Source: Amoeboaphelidium occidentale
Taxonomy: Eukaryota
NCBI GenBank assembly: GCA_023515795.1
Contig: JALGPX010000069.1
Coordinates: 1-63,419 of the forward strand
Length of the DNA: 63,419 nt
Direction of reading: 5' to 3'
Shown here: piece after piece, positions 1-10,764 of the stretch
How the letters are laid out: the number at the start of each line of letters is the position of its first letter
Position numbering within the stretch: position 1 is the first letter of the stretch
Program-made: the position numbers and the translations under genes
The notes under the pieces: generated by a model
The model's input: the letters and a program-made list of their open reading frames with translations, nothing else
Database searches by the model: none
What the model was told of the DNA's origin: nothing

Positions 1-54
1 CTTCCAGCATATGATCTACGCTGCGTTGGCCTTTTAATGGTAGAAAAATAGAAA

Positions 55-1424
55 TTATATAATTCCAACGATAACAATAAAGGAAATCCTCAAAATGGTG
101 CCAATATGGAGTTTTAACCAAGCTTGGATAAGCTTCTTTAAGTTCACAAAGCCTTCTGTGAAAATGGTCCAACGTCNAATGAGCGAATTCGAAGATATTG
201 CCATAAAGTCGTTCCACAACATTTTCACAGTTAGGAATCCGGTCGCGATTTTCATAAACGTTTCGAATAGCTTTTCCCGAGTGATTAATTGCAAAGTATT
301 CATAGTAAAAAGATGTGTCTGATGTTGCCGAGAAAATTGAAGAGCTAGACTTTTGAAACCGAAAAAGGTCTTCAAACTCCAGATTCAGTGCGATGATTCG
401 TATCATCTCTGGAGGTAGAGCCAAAAGTGAAACACCCTTTGACATTCGGTTGCCAAATATGTTGCTCATTGCTTCAAGGAAAAAGAGATNAACAGTAAAG
501 GAAATCCTCAAAATGGTGCCAATATGGAGTTTTAACCAAGCTTGGATAAGCTCCTTTAAGTTCACAAAGCCTTCTGTGAAAATGGTCCAACGTCACAAGT
601 CCTCCTAAAAGAATAACTTCACGCCAAAGTTTTTCCAAATATTTCCCCAATTCATAGCCAACGCGTTCAGTGTCAGACCCGAAAATTTATGGAAAAAAAT
701 TAGTATCTCTGCTGTATAAGGAATCTGCGTATATGTAGAAAAAATGAGCGAATTCGAAGATATTGCCATAAAGTCGTTCCACAACATTTTCACAGTTAGG
801 AATCCGGTCGCGATTTTCATAAACGTTTCGAATAGCTTTTCCCGAGTGATNCTTTAAGTTCACAAAGCCTTCTGTGAAAATGGTCCAACGTCGGAAGTCC
901 TCCTAAAAGAATAACTTCACGCCAAAGTTTTTCCAAAGATTTCCCCAATTCATAGCCAACGCGTTCAGTGTCAGACCCGAAAATTTTTGAAAAGATTCAG
1001 TATCTCTGCTGTATAAGGAATCTGCGTATATGTAGAACTAATGAGCGAATTCGAAGATATTGCCATAAAGTCGTTCCACAACATTTTCACAGTTAGGAAT
1101 CCGGTCGCGATTTTCATAAACGTTTCGAATAGCTTTTCCCGAGTGATTCTTTGCAAAGTATTCATAGTAAAAAGATATGTCTGATGTTGCCGAGAAAATT
1201 GAGGAGCTAGACTTTTGAAACCGAAAAAGGTCTTCAAACTCCAGATTCAGTGCGATGATTCGTATCATCTCTGGAGGTAGAGCCAAAAGTGAAACACCCT
1301 TTGACATTCGGTTGCCAAATATGTTGCTCATTGCTTCAAGGAAAAAGAGATAACACCATATTCGACCCAGATGAGTCACATTCCTGGAGGTAGTTGTCCA
1401 ATCGGGATCTAGGCGTATGATCAA
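55..1424 (-). pseudogene. F-box protein family fragments, repeated several times across N gaps, with stops and frameshifts
   Basis: F-box-like motif SLLALPPEMIRIIALNLEFEDLFRF in ORF 1038..1424. In-frame TAG after FAH and after LFF. The same segments recur across single n's at 177, 490 and 851. Confidence 0.55.
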
Positions 1425-1461
1425 TGAGTTGGCCCAAATATTACCAGGTAGTCTCTATTGC

Positions 1462-2554
1462 TTAGAGAGAAGACATTTGCAATATCAGAGGTTCCATAAG
1501 TGAGGTGCTTACAACTTTCGTTGTATATCCGTTTTTCTTTACAGCTGAAATAGACTGAGGTTTATGTCTTCCTGCTAGTTGTGTGAGTAACAACGAAAGT
1601 CTTGTATGATAAGACCCGTCAGGCTTAGAAATCCTGTTGGTTCTAACATTTGCAAACCTTTCGACCCCATTCAAAAGAATTACAGGAGGAAAGTCGTAAT
1701 CAACACGAAAGGCAATATTTGTCAGCCTCATGTATTCGTCAATCATCTCATCAACGCTGAAACCACGGCACATAGAAAGCCATCTATAAAACGCTGTTCC
1801 CGGATATGCGTCGGCCTCGATGTCTTTCCAAGCGATCGGAAAAAGAGACAACACTTTAGCTCTGAAGTAAATACCACCAACACATTTAAAACAAATCATC
1901 CTACACAAATAATGCACCATCAACCTCTGGAAGAAGGTTAAAACATTGTCGTTAAGGTGAATTCCGTCAAGTCCGAGTGAAACGTCAAACGACAATATCC
2001 TGCCACACTGTCCAGCTTTCACGATCTCTGGACAATTAAGGTGTTCCGGAATAGATTGTAATCCAATTGCTTTCAAGAGGGACTTCGCATCCATCCCGTG
2101 GCTCGCGCTGATGATAATCGGGCGGTATTTGTGATCCCTGAAACCATTATGAACATTCTCATTAATAGTCATCAGCATATCATCATTAACAGGAGCAACC
2201 GCAGCCTTGTCTCTCTTACGACCAAAGAACGGAAATTCAAGTGTGTAATATGATGGCCTAAAGTCAGGATAGTCCTCTTTCACTAAATGAAAAAATTAGA
2301 GTCCGGACATTACAGCGGGCCTTACATTCAGCAGGAGGCTGAAAATGACCAAGCGGGTGAGATACATTGTAAATGCTGAAGCCCTGCGAAAATCCAGCAA
2401 TTTTTACCCAATACTCCATAGGGCTTTGTATCCAAATCTCCATGATCGATCCAGCGCTTTCATGATAGTTTTGAAGCAAGTCATGCAGCCCCTTCCTTCT
2501 TAAGAGTTCAAGTAATTCTTCTATACTTGCTTTTCTATCCTGCTGATTACTCAT
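1462..2554 (-). CDS. Crinkler(CRN)-like protein with degenerate P-loop NTPase, possibly truncated or a pseudogene
   Basis: ORFs 2264..2554 and 1462..2283 join in frame through a 43-nt GTAAGG...TTTAG intron (2283-2325). FFGR...PIIISASHGMDAKSLL resembles a decayed Walker A region. Family assignment is from recalled similarity only. Confidence 0.45.
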
Positions 2555-2954
2555 TGCGAAAATTTGAAAGTATCAGGACCTTTTCAAAGTTGAGTTGGAA
2601 CAGTATGAAATTTAAACGAATCATCTATCAGAAAAGGCTTGGTTGTTCATAATACAGCTGCTTTCAAGGTTGAAGCCCGTGCTGCTTAAGAGCTTTTTAA
2701 AAGGAGTTTTGAGTTATACAGTTACGAGCTAGATGATCAGCTATGGAAGCTATTTTCTTGTTCTTTGTTTCAAATTGATTGCATTCATGCCGCGACTGGA
2801 AATCATCCTATAGATTACATATTCATAGAAAGCGACGTGCGAGAACTAACCAGGCTCAAGTAATACTCATATCGCGAGCAGAAACTTTGCAGACGGAACG
2901 CTACCTCTCTAAAAATCTTTAAATTCTCCACGAAAACATAATTAAAATGTGCAA

Positions 2955-3026
2955 GGCCCAATGGTTTAATGGTATAATACTCGGTTTGGGTCCGAGTGGT
3001 TCTGGGTTCGATTCCCAGTTGGGCCC
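2955..3026 (+). tRNA. tRNA-Pro(TGG)
   Basis: Acceptor GGCCCAA/TTGGGCC, anticodon arm CTCGG-TTTGGGT-CCGAG, T-loop GGTTCGATTCC, followed by an oligo-T Pol III terminator. Confidence 0.95.
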
Positions 3027-3237
3027 TTTTTTGCTTCTGTGAGGAATCGTTTTGGAAGGCTGCGGTGAAGGTCTTGATAAGTCTTTTTGCTCAGGGTCTT
3101 TACTGATTATTTNAGCGACGTGCGAGAACTAACCAGGCTCAAGTAATACTCATATCGCGAGCAGAAACTTTGCAGACGGAACGCTAACTCTCTAAAAATC
3201 TTTAAATTCTTTACGAAAACATAATTAAAATGTGCAA

Positions 3238-3309
3238 GGCCCAATGGTTTAATGGTATAATACTCGGTTTGGGTCCGAGTGGTTCTGGGTTCGATTCCCA
3301 GTTGGGCCC
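3238..3309 (+). tRNA. tRNA-Pro(TGG), second copy (probably an assembly duplicate across the n at 3113)
   Basis: Identical tRNA within a ~280-bp block repeated on both sides of a single n; the flanks differ at a few positions. Confidence 0.7.
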
Positions 3310-3694
3310 TTTTTTGCTTCTGTGAGGAATCGTTTTGGAAGGCTGCGGTGAAGGTCTTGATAAGTCTTTTTGCTCAGGGTCTTTACTGATTATTTTTTTA
3401 AAAAGCTACCTAGAGATCTCTCTTATTTTAATCTTACCTCTCATGTAAATGTGGCCGCTGCGAATACTTCATCTATTTTGCTTTCAGCGCAACTTCTTGG
3501 AGGGTAACGATATTAAACCGACATTCCAAGCTTCCGTTTATCTGATGTGACAGCATAAACATCCTCGTCCATTCAATTAGAGCTCAGACATTTTACTGGG
3601 TAGCGATGTCTGGAAGCGGTAACGCGAAATCTATTTATATAACTTTTTGCTTTTAACAGCAGAAATTGTTGCTACGATAAATCCAATTCACATA

Positions 3695-5911
3695 ATGTTT
3701 CACAAAAAGCAGACTTTATGCAGGTAAAACCATGAAAGCGAGAACCTGAGATATGTGTAGAGCTCGTTATGATTACAGGCCACAGGAATCGAATGAAATC
3801 GGTTTCAAGACAGGATCAACGATTGTTCTGATCGAAAAGCATAATGGAGACTGGTGGGAAGGAGAGATCGACGGTAAGAGGGGTCTGTTCCCCGCCAATA
3901 GAGTGGAGGAGATAGAATCGTTGATGGCAGAGGTATGATCGCGAAGTTTAAAGTATCATGACTTGTTAGAACCCAATACCTCCGGTCATGGCTGCTAAGC
4001 CGTCAATAATCAAGAAGAAAGATTCTTACGTAGGACCCGTAGAGCTTCCAGGAATGCAGCCTAATGTTGAGCAAAGAATGTCAACCCCAAGCATAATGCC
4101 TGATGATGATACAACTTCTAACATGGGATCTCTAAGCAATTTCGCACCAGGTTCAAGCGTTAAGTCTAAAGCCAACTTTCTTCAAAACCAGACGAGTTTC
4201 AGCTTACCTTCTATTGGAGAGCCGCCTAAAGTTCGTGTTCGAGTGAATTCTACGTTAAGTCAGGGCTCATCCACATCTTCTGGCCCCACGAGTGCACCAA
4301 ATTTAATCGCAGAGTTGAAACAACGCCGACCAGAAAGTTCAGTGCTTGAAGGGAATAGCATCGCTGAAGGTGAAATAGTACATTTTTGAGTAACTTATTT
4401 CGTAGAACTGAACAAGAGACTTGCTATGGCAGCAGGATTGTCGGCAAGTTCTATGCGTGCACGTGTTGGTTCAAATCCTCCAGTCCCTATGCACACGGAG
4501 TCTCAGCTGAAAGTGAGTCCCTTACCACAGCAAGGGACTGTAAGTGGAGATGAATCACCTCTATCTCTGTCTGAGGAAAATTTAAACGGCGTAGATGATG
4601 AATTTGATCAACCAGTGGCAAACTTGGAAGCAGCTCAGGCTTCAGAGGTCAAGAAGGAAGGATTTTTACAAAGAAGAAATGGAGATGATAAAAAGATGAC
4701 TTTAAGAGCGTGGAAATCATTCTGGACTGAGCTAGCAGGCAGCTCTTTGTACTTTTATAAAGATTCTCAAAGTAAAAAGGTGCTTTTAAGCTTATTACTG
4801 TACTAATAGTCTTAGAAAGAAGGAAAGAAGGATAAGCCTATCAAGATGATCGATATACGCCAAGCCAGACTTGATTTCAGCTCAAACTTAGATAAGAAGA
4901 AATATTCGTTCGCAATAACCACAGGGAAAGGAGAAGCCTTGTTCTTGGCTGCAAAAGACGAGGCTGAATTCCTTTCATGGCAAGAAGTATTGTTGGAGGT
5001 TCCTGGTGTCAAGAAAGAATCTATTGCAGAACAAAATCAGACTGTAACAAAGAGGCCTTCTGATTCAAACTCAAAAGCTGAAGCTACTCCTAAAATCGAA
5101 AAGAAATCTGTGCTAAAAAGAGCTCAACCAGAATTGAAGAAAAAATCTTCCTCTGCGAATGTTATTGAGGACGATTTACCTGAAGCTGATAGGAAAGCAT
5201 TTGCAAAGAAGTCTTTGTTGGGTTGGCTAACTTCACGTCCGCCTTTAGAAACATTGAAGGAGAAAGGTATCATCACAGAAGATTCGCTGTTTGGAGGAGA
5301 TTTGGCATTACATGTGCAAAAAGATCAGAGGAAAATACCTTTTGTTGTCGAGCAATGTATTCAGCATATCGAAAGCAAGGGCCTGGACTTTGTTGGTATT
5401 TATCGTTTGTCTGGAAACTTGGCATCGATCCAGAAATTGCGTTTCATGTACAACGAAGGTATAATATCATTTATAGATTACTGAATGATTATTAGGCCGC
5501 GCAAACATAGATTTAACAGCCGAAGAGTTCGCTGATATTAACATAATTACCGGACTTGTCAAATTGTACTTTAGAGAGTTACAGCAGCCTTTGTTCACAT
5601 TTGAAAAATATGATCCTTTAGTTAATGCAAGTAAAATTCAAGATGTAAGCACGAGAGTTGCACAAATGAGAGAACTTGTCAAGAAACTTCCTAAACCAAA
5701 CTACGAGACTTTGTGCTTCTTGATGAAACACTTGGTCAAAGTTGCTAAACTTTCCGATTCAAACAAGATGGACGCGACAAACTTGGGCATCGTTTTTGGC
5801 CCTACGCTTATGAGACCACAAGTGGAATCATTTGAATCGATACTTAATACTGCTGCTCACAGTATCGTTGTTGAGACGATCATAAACCACTTTGACGCGA
5901 TATTCAGGTGA
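3695..5911 (+). CDS. SH3-PH-RhoGAP protein (ARHGAP9/12/15/27-like), multi-exon
   Basis: SH3 (ARYDY...GDWWEG...GLFPAN), PH (KKEGFLQRR...WKSFWTEL), RhoGAP (GIYRLSG, KMDATNLGIVFGPTL). First intron 3724-3760 gives the start MFHKKQTLCRARYDY. Confidence 0.9.
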
Positions 5912-5932
5912 AGCCAAAGACTCTGTACAGTT

Positions 5933-6125
5933 AATCAACGAGTCATTGTACAATGACTCGCGCAGAGCCTAATAAATAGGATACAGATTTCTTTTTCGCG
6001 GCATTTTCTAGCGCATATTCTGAGGAAGTCGATTGTCTTAATTCTTTGTCTTTGGGCTTCTTCTTCTTCGGATTGTGCCCTTTCCTGTCTTTCTTGTTCA
6101 AACCATCGTCCTGTCCATCATTATC
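5933..6125 (-). ncRNA. Putative omegaRNA scaffold overlapping the Fanzor C-terminal coding tail
   Basis: Conserved with 63130-63331. Contains the perfect palindrome CGAGTCATTGTACAATGACTCG (5939-5960). Position is analogous to TnpB reRNA. Expression is not shown. Confidence 0.5.
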
Positions 6126-8671
6126 ATCGTCTGATTTATCGTCAGAAGGTTTACACAAATACTCAGGACGTTCTCCTTTCTCTAGAATAGCAGACAACGC
6201 AGCACACATGTTGTCAGCGGCCAATATATCTCGGTGGAATACGACGTTGCACTTTGAGCATTTCTTCGCCCTCATAGACAGCGATTCTGTGAACTCATGA
6301 CATCGGACAAATTTATGGGATTTAAAGTACTCATCTACGCCAAGAATCGTTATCCCCAAAGGCCTTGCTTCCCTCATAAAGTATTCCAAGAACGAAGTAT
6401 GAAGTGAACCAGTTGCGTCAAAGTCTCCAGTGCCAATGCCAACATAAATCCGCTGTTTCTTTTTGACCTTCTGATGTGGTTTCAAGCAAACCATGAAAAT
6501 CAAAGCAATGAAAACACGATCCATCTCCCTTTGCTTTGCACAATGATACTCAAAGGTCCTCTTCCTAATAGCATGTGAATTGTAAAAATTAGCCAAAACT
6601 GTGTATCTTTCAATCATTCTGTTGAAATAATTAGTGATTGTTTCATCTGGAAGTCGGGAGAGGCCACAATTCTCTGCATCTCTTACAGGCTTGTTCTCAT
6701 CTTTCATCTTTGTCTTGTTCAGCCAGTTTCTGTAAAGAGTATACGGTTCACCAAGAGCCTTCTTCTTAACAGCTAGATTCTTCTTTGAGCCGTCTGGCAA
6801 CCACGAAACAGCTCCAACAGTAAAGGCCTGACCAAGATCTAGTCCCATGATGATATCTGTGTCTTTCCTATATGCGGGGTCTCTTGAAACAATTGGTGGA
6901 GGTTGAGTGTGCTTGACTTTCCTACATCTTGTATCAATTACGTTGACTGATAGACTGAAACCATCAGTAGCAAAAGAAGTCATCAAAACGAATCTCTTAC
7001 CAGAATCTTCCTGACCAATTGTTCTGTACTTTCTGTACTTCTTGCTCTTCAACCCAAATACCAGTTGCACCAATTCCCCAGTTCTTTCCAGTGTCATCAA
7101 CAGCCCATCTTTTTTAGGATCGAGAAAATCCTTAAACCATAGCCTGGAGTCCATGGTACCTGTAATACCAAGAAGACAGTCTTCCGTAAGACTTAGAGGA
7201 AACAAAGACGGCTGATATTTTGGCATGTATTTGTATCGCTGCGAAACCGGCAGCAGATTGTTCATAGCGAAGAAAAGCCTAACAATCGAAAAAGTTTCCA
7301 ACTTTGAAGGGTCGAATTCTGGAATTTTCGGTTCTGGCTTTGTTTCTNAACCATGAAAATCAAAGCAATGAAAACACGATCCATCTCCCTTTGCTTTGCA
7401 CAATGATACTCAAAGGTCCTCTTTCTAATAGCATGTGAATTGTAAAAATTAGCCAAAACTGTGTATCTTTCAATCATTCTGTTGAAATAATTAGTGATTG
7501 TTTCATCTGGAAGTCGGGAGAGGCCACAATTCTCTGCATCTCTTACAGGCTTGTTCTCATCTTTCATCTTTGTCTTGTTCAGCCAGTTTCTGTAAAGAGT
7601 ATACGGTTCACCAAGAGCCTTCTTCTTAACAGCTAGATTCTTCTGTGAGCCGTCTGGCAACCACGAAACAGCTCCAACAGTAAAGGCCTGACCAAGATCT
7701 AGTCCCATGATGATATCTGTGTCTTTCCTATATGCGGGGTCTCTTGAAACAACTGGTGGAGGTGGAGTGTGCTTGACTTTCCTACATCTTGTATCAATAA
7801 CGTTGACTGATAGGCTCAAACCGTCAGTAGCAAAAGAAGTCATCAAAACGAATCTCTCACCAGAATCTTCCTGACCAATTGTTCTGTACTTTCTGTACTT
7901 CTTGCTCTTCAACCCAAATACCAGTTGCACCAACTCCCCAGTTCTTTCCAGTGTCATCAACAGCCCATCTTTTTTAGGATCGAGAAAATCCTTAAACCAT
8001 AGCCTGGAGTCCATGGTACCTGTAATACCAAGAAGACAGTCTTCCGTAAGACTTAGAGGAAACAAAGACGGCTGATATTTTGGCATGTATTTGTATCGCT
8101 GCGAAACCGGCAGCAGATTGTTCATAGCGAAGAAAAGCCTAACAACCGAATAAGTTTCCAACTTTGAAGGGTCGAATTCTGGAATTTTCGGTTCTGGTTT
8201 TGTTTCTTCAGCGTATTCGCCCAGCTTGCGCTTCCTCGATCGCAAATTCATAAATCCACTCGTACGCTGCGGCANNNNNNNNNNNNNNNNNNNNTTTCCA
8301 ACTTTGAAGGGTCGAATTCTGGAATTTTCGGTTCTGGCTTTGTTTCTTCAGCGTATTCGCCCAGCTTGCGCTTCCTCGATCGCAAATTCATAAATCCACT
8401 CGTACGCTGCGGCACTTTGGTATCAACTTCATTCAAATTATCTATTAATTCCTCATTAACCAAACTATCTAAAGCATTAGAAGAAACCTAAGTAAGACTT
8501 ACCTTCAGATGATCCCTCTAACTCTGACAATTCCCCCTTCTTCTCGACAGCCAATACCACACAGTCCAACAGTCGCTTAGCTTGATCCGTTTGAGATGGT
8601 GCATTTTCTTCAACGCTTTGTGCAAGCAACGGTGCACTACCAATATAATGCCTGGCAATCATAGCGTCCAT
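5943..8671 (-). CDS. Fanzor/TnpB-like RNA-guided endonuclease region (C-terminal part of the fusion gene; 7349-8274 largely duplicated by assembly)
   Basis: RuvC-I IMGLDLGQ, RuvC-II-like GVDEYF just before the zinc finger (FVRC...CSKC), RuvC-III HRDILAADN. A 34-nt intron at 8469-8502 joins the upstream ORFs in frame. Confidence 0.8.
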
Positions 8672-8680
8672 GAGGCTTCC

Positions 8681-9540
8681 TTAAGACTGCAAAGTATTTC
8701 CAGTGCAAAAAGGTACAAACATTAATTCTTCTTCAGACAAGACCAGGCCAAGAGAATTATCTTCTATGAATTGTTTAATCTTTTGAAAGAGCCTGGGACC
8801 TTTGTGACAACACCTGTTCGGCTTCAATAGATAGGCGAGTAAATTCGACCAAACCTTTGCACCACCACGTGTATCAAAAAACAATTCATTTTCCACTTTC
8901 AAGTTATTCTGAACATTTTGGAAGAACAATTCTGCTATTTCTAACGCAGCGTGTGATGCCTTGTTCACCAAAAGCACAACCATTTTAATACGTTGCAAAA
9001 TGGTATTCTGGATTTGTGAATCTAACGAAGACTGATGAATTCGACTTTTAAGAGTTCCAAGACGCCAAGTCTTCGTTTGATACATTTGGTGAAGTTTCTG
9101 CATATCCAATGTTGATTTTGATAGCTTGTTGGGCCCATGTGGATTCAAAGATGGCGTTGANNNNNNNNNNNNNNNNNNTGAATCTAACGAAGACTGATGA
9201 ATTCGACTTTTAAGAGTTCCAAGACGCCAAGTCTTCGTTTGAAACATTTGGTGAAGTTTCTGCATATCCAATGTTGATTTTGATAGCTTGTTGGGCCCAT
9301 GTGGATTCAAAGATGGCGTTGACCTGGTTCTCTTGTCTGACTTAAGGTGTTTTGCCTTCTTTTTTTCTTCTTTCTTTGTTTTTTCTTTGAGATCTTCTTT
9401 GTTGATGATTTCAAAGGGACCAAAGAAGAGCTTGTTACGTCCTTCAAAGTTATTGGCTCCATTAATTGTTCCTTAGAAATCGATTTCACCTTGAAGCGGC
9501 CATACTCACAATGAATCAAAGGTGAGAAGCGGTTTTTCGC
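8681..9540 (-). CDS. Middle, Lys-rich segment of the XPG-Fanzor fusion gene (interrupted)
   Basis: ORF 9307..9519 is in frame with the XPG ORF past one TAA at 9541-9543. A frameshift then leads into ORF 8681..9310, which is in frame with 8477..8671 past one TAA at 8681-8683. Confidence 0.6.
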
Positions 9541-10764
9541 TTAAGGCAATTTAAGATTTTTCAGTTGAACAACAGTCCTTCCCTGCGTAATTTGGTGTTT
9601 AACTGCACGCAAAGCCTTGTACTGCTCCCTTTTTGAGTTTAGCGTTTCACGACAATCATTGAACAAACCATCACTTGAACTTTCAATGCATACCTCACAC
9701 TTTGTTTCTTTGAGAGTTAAAAACACAGCGACAGCGTTTTGAAAATGGCCTTCCTTAGCGGGCGCATGCTCAAATTCACTTACAAGTTCTTCTGCTTTGT
9801 ATGTATGGTTTTCATCAATTCTCTGAATTTCCTCCAAACATTTAGCAATACCAAAATTCCGCACATTAGTAACATAATCGTTACCCGCTATGACCGCTAA
9901 GGCTCTCCAACATTCTCTCGTAACACACAGTTTTCTTAAAATAGTATCTTCACGAAAAATGGTGAAATGCATCGAGTNGTTTTCATCAATTCTCTGAATT
10001 TCCTCCAAACATTTAGCAATACCAAACTTCCGCACATTAGTAACATAATCGTAACCCGCTATGGCCGCTAATGCTCTCCAACATTCTCTCGTAACACACA
10101 GTTTTCTTAAAATAGTATCTTCACGAAAAATGGTGAAATGCATCGAGTTGGTGTCATATTTGTTCTGCAAGAATGGTCTTGCAACAATCTTGTATCCATA
10201 GAATAGACTGTCCGAATCATTGGAGACAACTACAGCTCTTGACTGATCATCAGAATTTAACTGTGTGACGAGACGCGAAATCTCTACATCTGATTCAAAC
10301 TCAGCATTAACTATTTTCAAAATTGCTGATACTAATGCTTCTGAAATGCTTTTAGTACATGTCTCTGTAATTCTAAAACAGGAAAACTTGAGCTTATCTA
10401 GTCTTCGCCACTTTGATTTAGAAACTTTGCCTTGAATTTTAATGCCTGCCAAGGCCTCTGAGAACAATTTCAATTTAGTTTCTCGTTGACTGTCCCTTGC
10501 CACGTGTGTATCATGTTTCTCCATTGATCTTGCCCCATCTAAGACAAAAACAACATCTACACCTGAGAAGACGTTTGCCAAACACTTGGCCAAGGCTGCA
10601 TATTGATTGTCCAACGCGTAATAACGAATGAGATTGTAAAAACTCCCATAAAGATCCACATAGACCTTCGAGCCCTTAAACATCGTCTTGAATTCTTGGA
10701 GATTTAAAGTTTCAGAGTACAACTGATGTTTCTTGGCAAAAGCACTAAACCCTTTAACGCCCAT
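9541..10764 (-). CDS. XPG/FEN1/Rad2-family (PIN-fold) structure-specific nuclease domain, N-terminal part of the fusion gene
   Basis: MGVKG start, YVDL, FVLDG...EK...R, EFESD, SNDSD, H3TH GNDY...FGI motifs. An internal ~58-aa repeat flanks the n at 9978. Confidence 0.85.
   Translation of the reverse strand: MGVKGFSAFAKKHQLYSETLNLQEFKTMFKGSKVYVDLYGSFYNLIRYYALDNQYAALAKCLANVFSGVDVVFVLDGARSMEKHDTHVARDSQRETKLKLFSEALAGIKIQGKVSKSKWRRLDKLKFSCFRITETCTKSISEALVSAILKIVNAEFESDVEISRLVTQLNSDDQSRAVVVSNDSDSLFYGYKIVARPFLQNKYDTNSMHFTIFREDTILRKLCVTRECWRALAAIAGYDYVTNVRKFGIAKCLEEIQRIDENXSMHFTIFREDTILRKLCVTRECWRALAVIAGNDYVTNVRNFGIAKCLEEIQRIDENHTYKAEELVSEFEHAPAKEGHFQNAVAVFLTLKETKCEVCIESSSDGLFNDCRETLNSKREQYKALRAVKHQITQGRTVVQLKNLKLP

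Larger units (their letters stand above)
5933..10764 (-). mobile_element. Fanzor-like element encoding an XPG/FEN1-nuclease-RuvC fusion; left end not defined
   Basis: TnpB/Fanzor-like RuvC gene whose 3' ~200 bp recur at 63130-63331 with an identical end point. The element ends 21 bp after the RhoGAP stop codon. Confidence 0.75.

Noticed and set aside
1..1430. Repeated blocks that might suggest a CRISPR-like or tandem array
   Set aside because: The repeats are 100-400-bp pieces of one F-box coding sequence joined at single n's, with no short repeat/unique spacer periodicity. They are best explained as assembly overlaps or paralogs.
2831..3395. Tandem duplication of tRNA-Pro
   Set aside because: The duplicated block is split exactly by an n at 3113 with few differences, the same pattern as other gap-flanking duplicates. 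It is likely one locus assembled twice.
5931..5960. Helitron 3' end or piggyBac TTAA target site
   Set aside because: The hairpin is not followed by CTRR and no Rep/helicase is present. TTAA occurs only at copy 1 (copy 2 has CAAA), and no TIR was found.
7262..8463. Two or three tandem Fanzor genes
   Set aside because: The copies start and stop at N gaps (7348, 8275-8294) and overlap in protein sequence, so they are treated as redundant assembly of one gene.
9472..9509. Possible GTGAGT...CTAAG intron resolving the linker frameshift
   Set aside because: Splicing it creates an in-frame TGA at the junction (CAT T|GA), so it does not restore the ORF in this copy.
8681..9543. TAA read as Gln (alternative nuclear code) to explain the in-frame stops in the fusion gene
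   Set aside because: Conserved host genes here end in TAA or TAG (OLE1, RIP1, RPL35A, PHO13), so the host code is standard. Point mutation is simpler, although origin in a TAR=Gln donor cannot be excluded.
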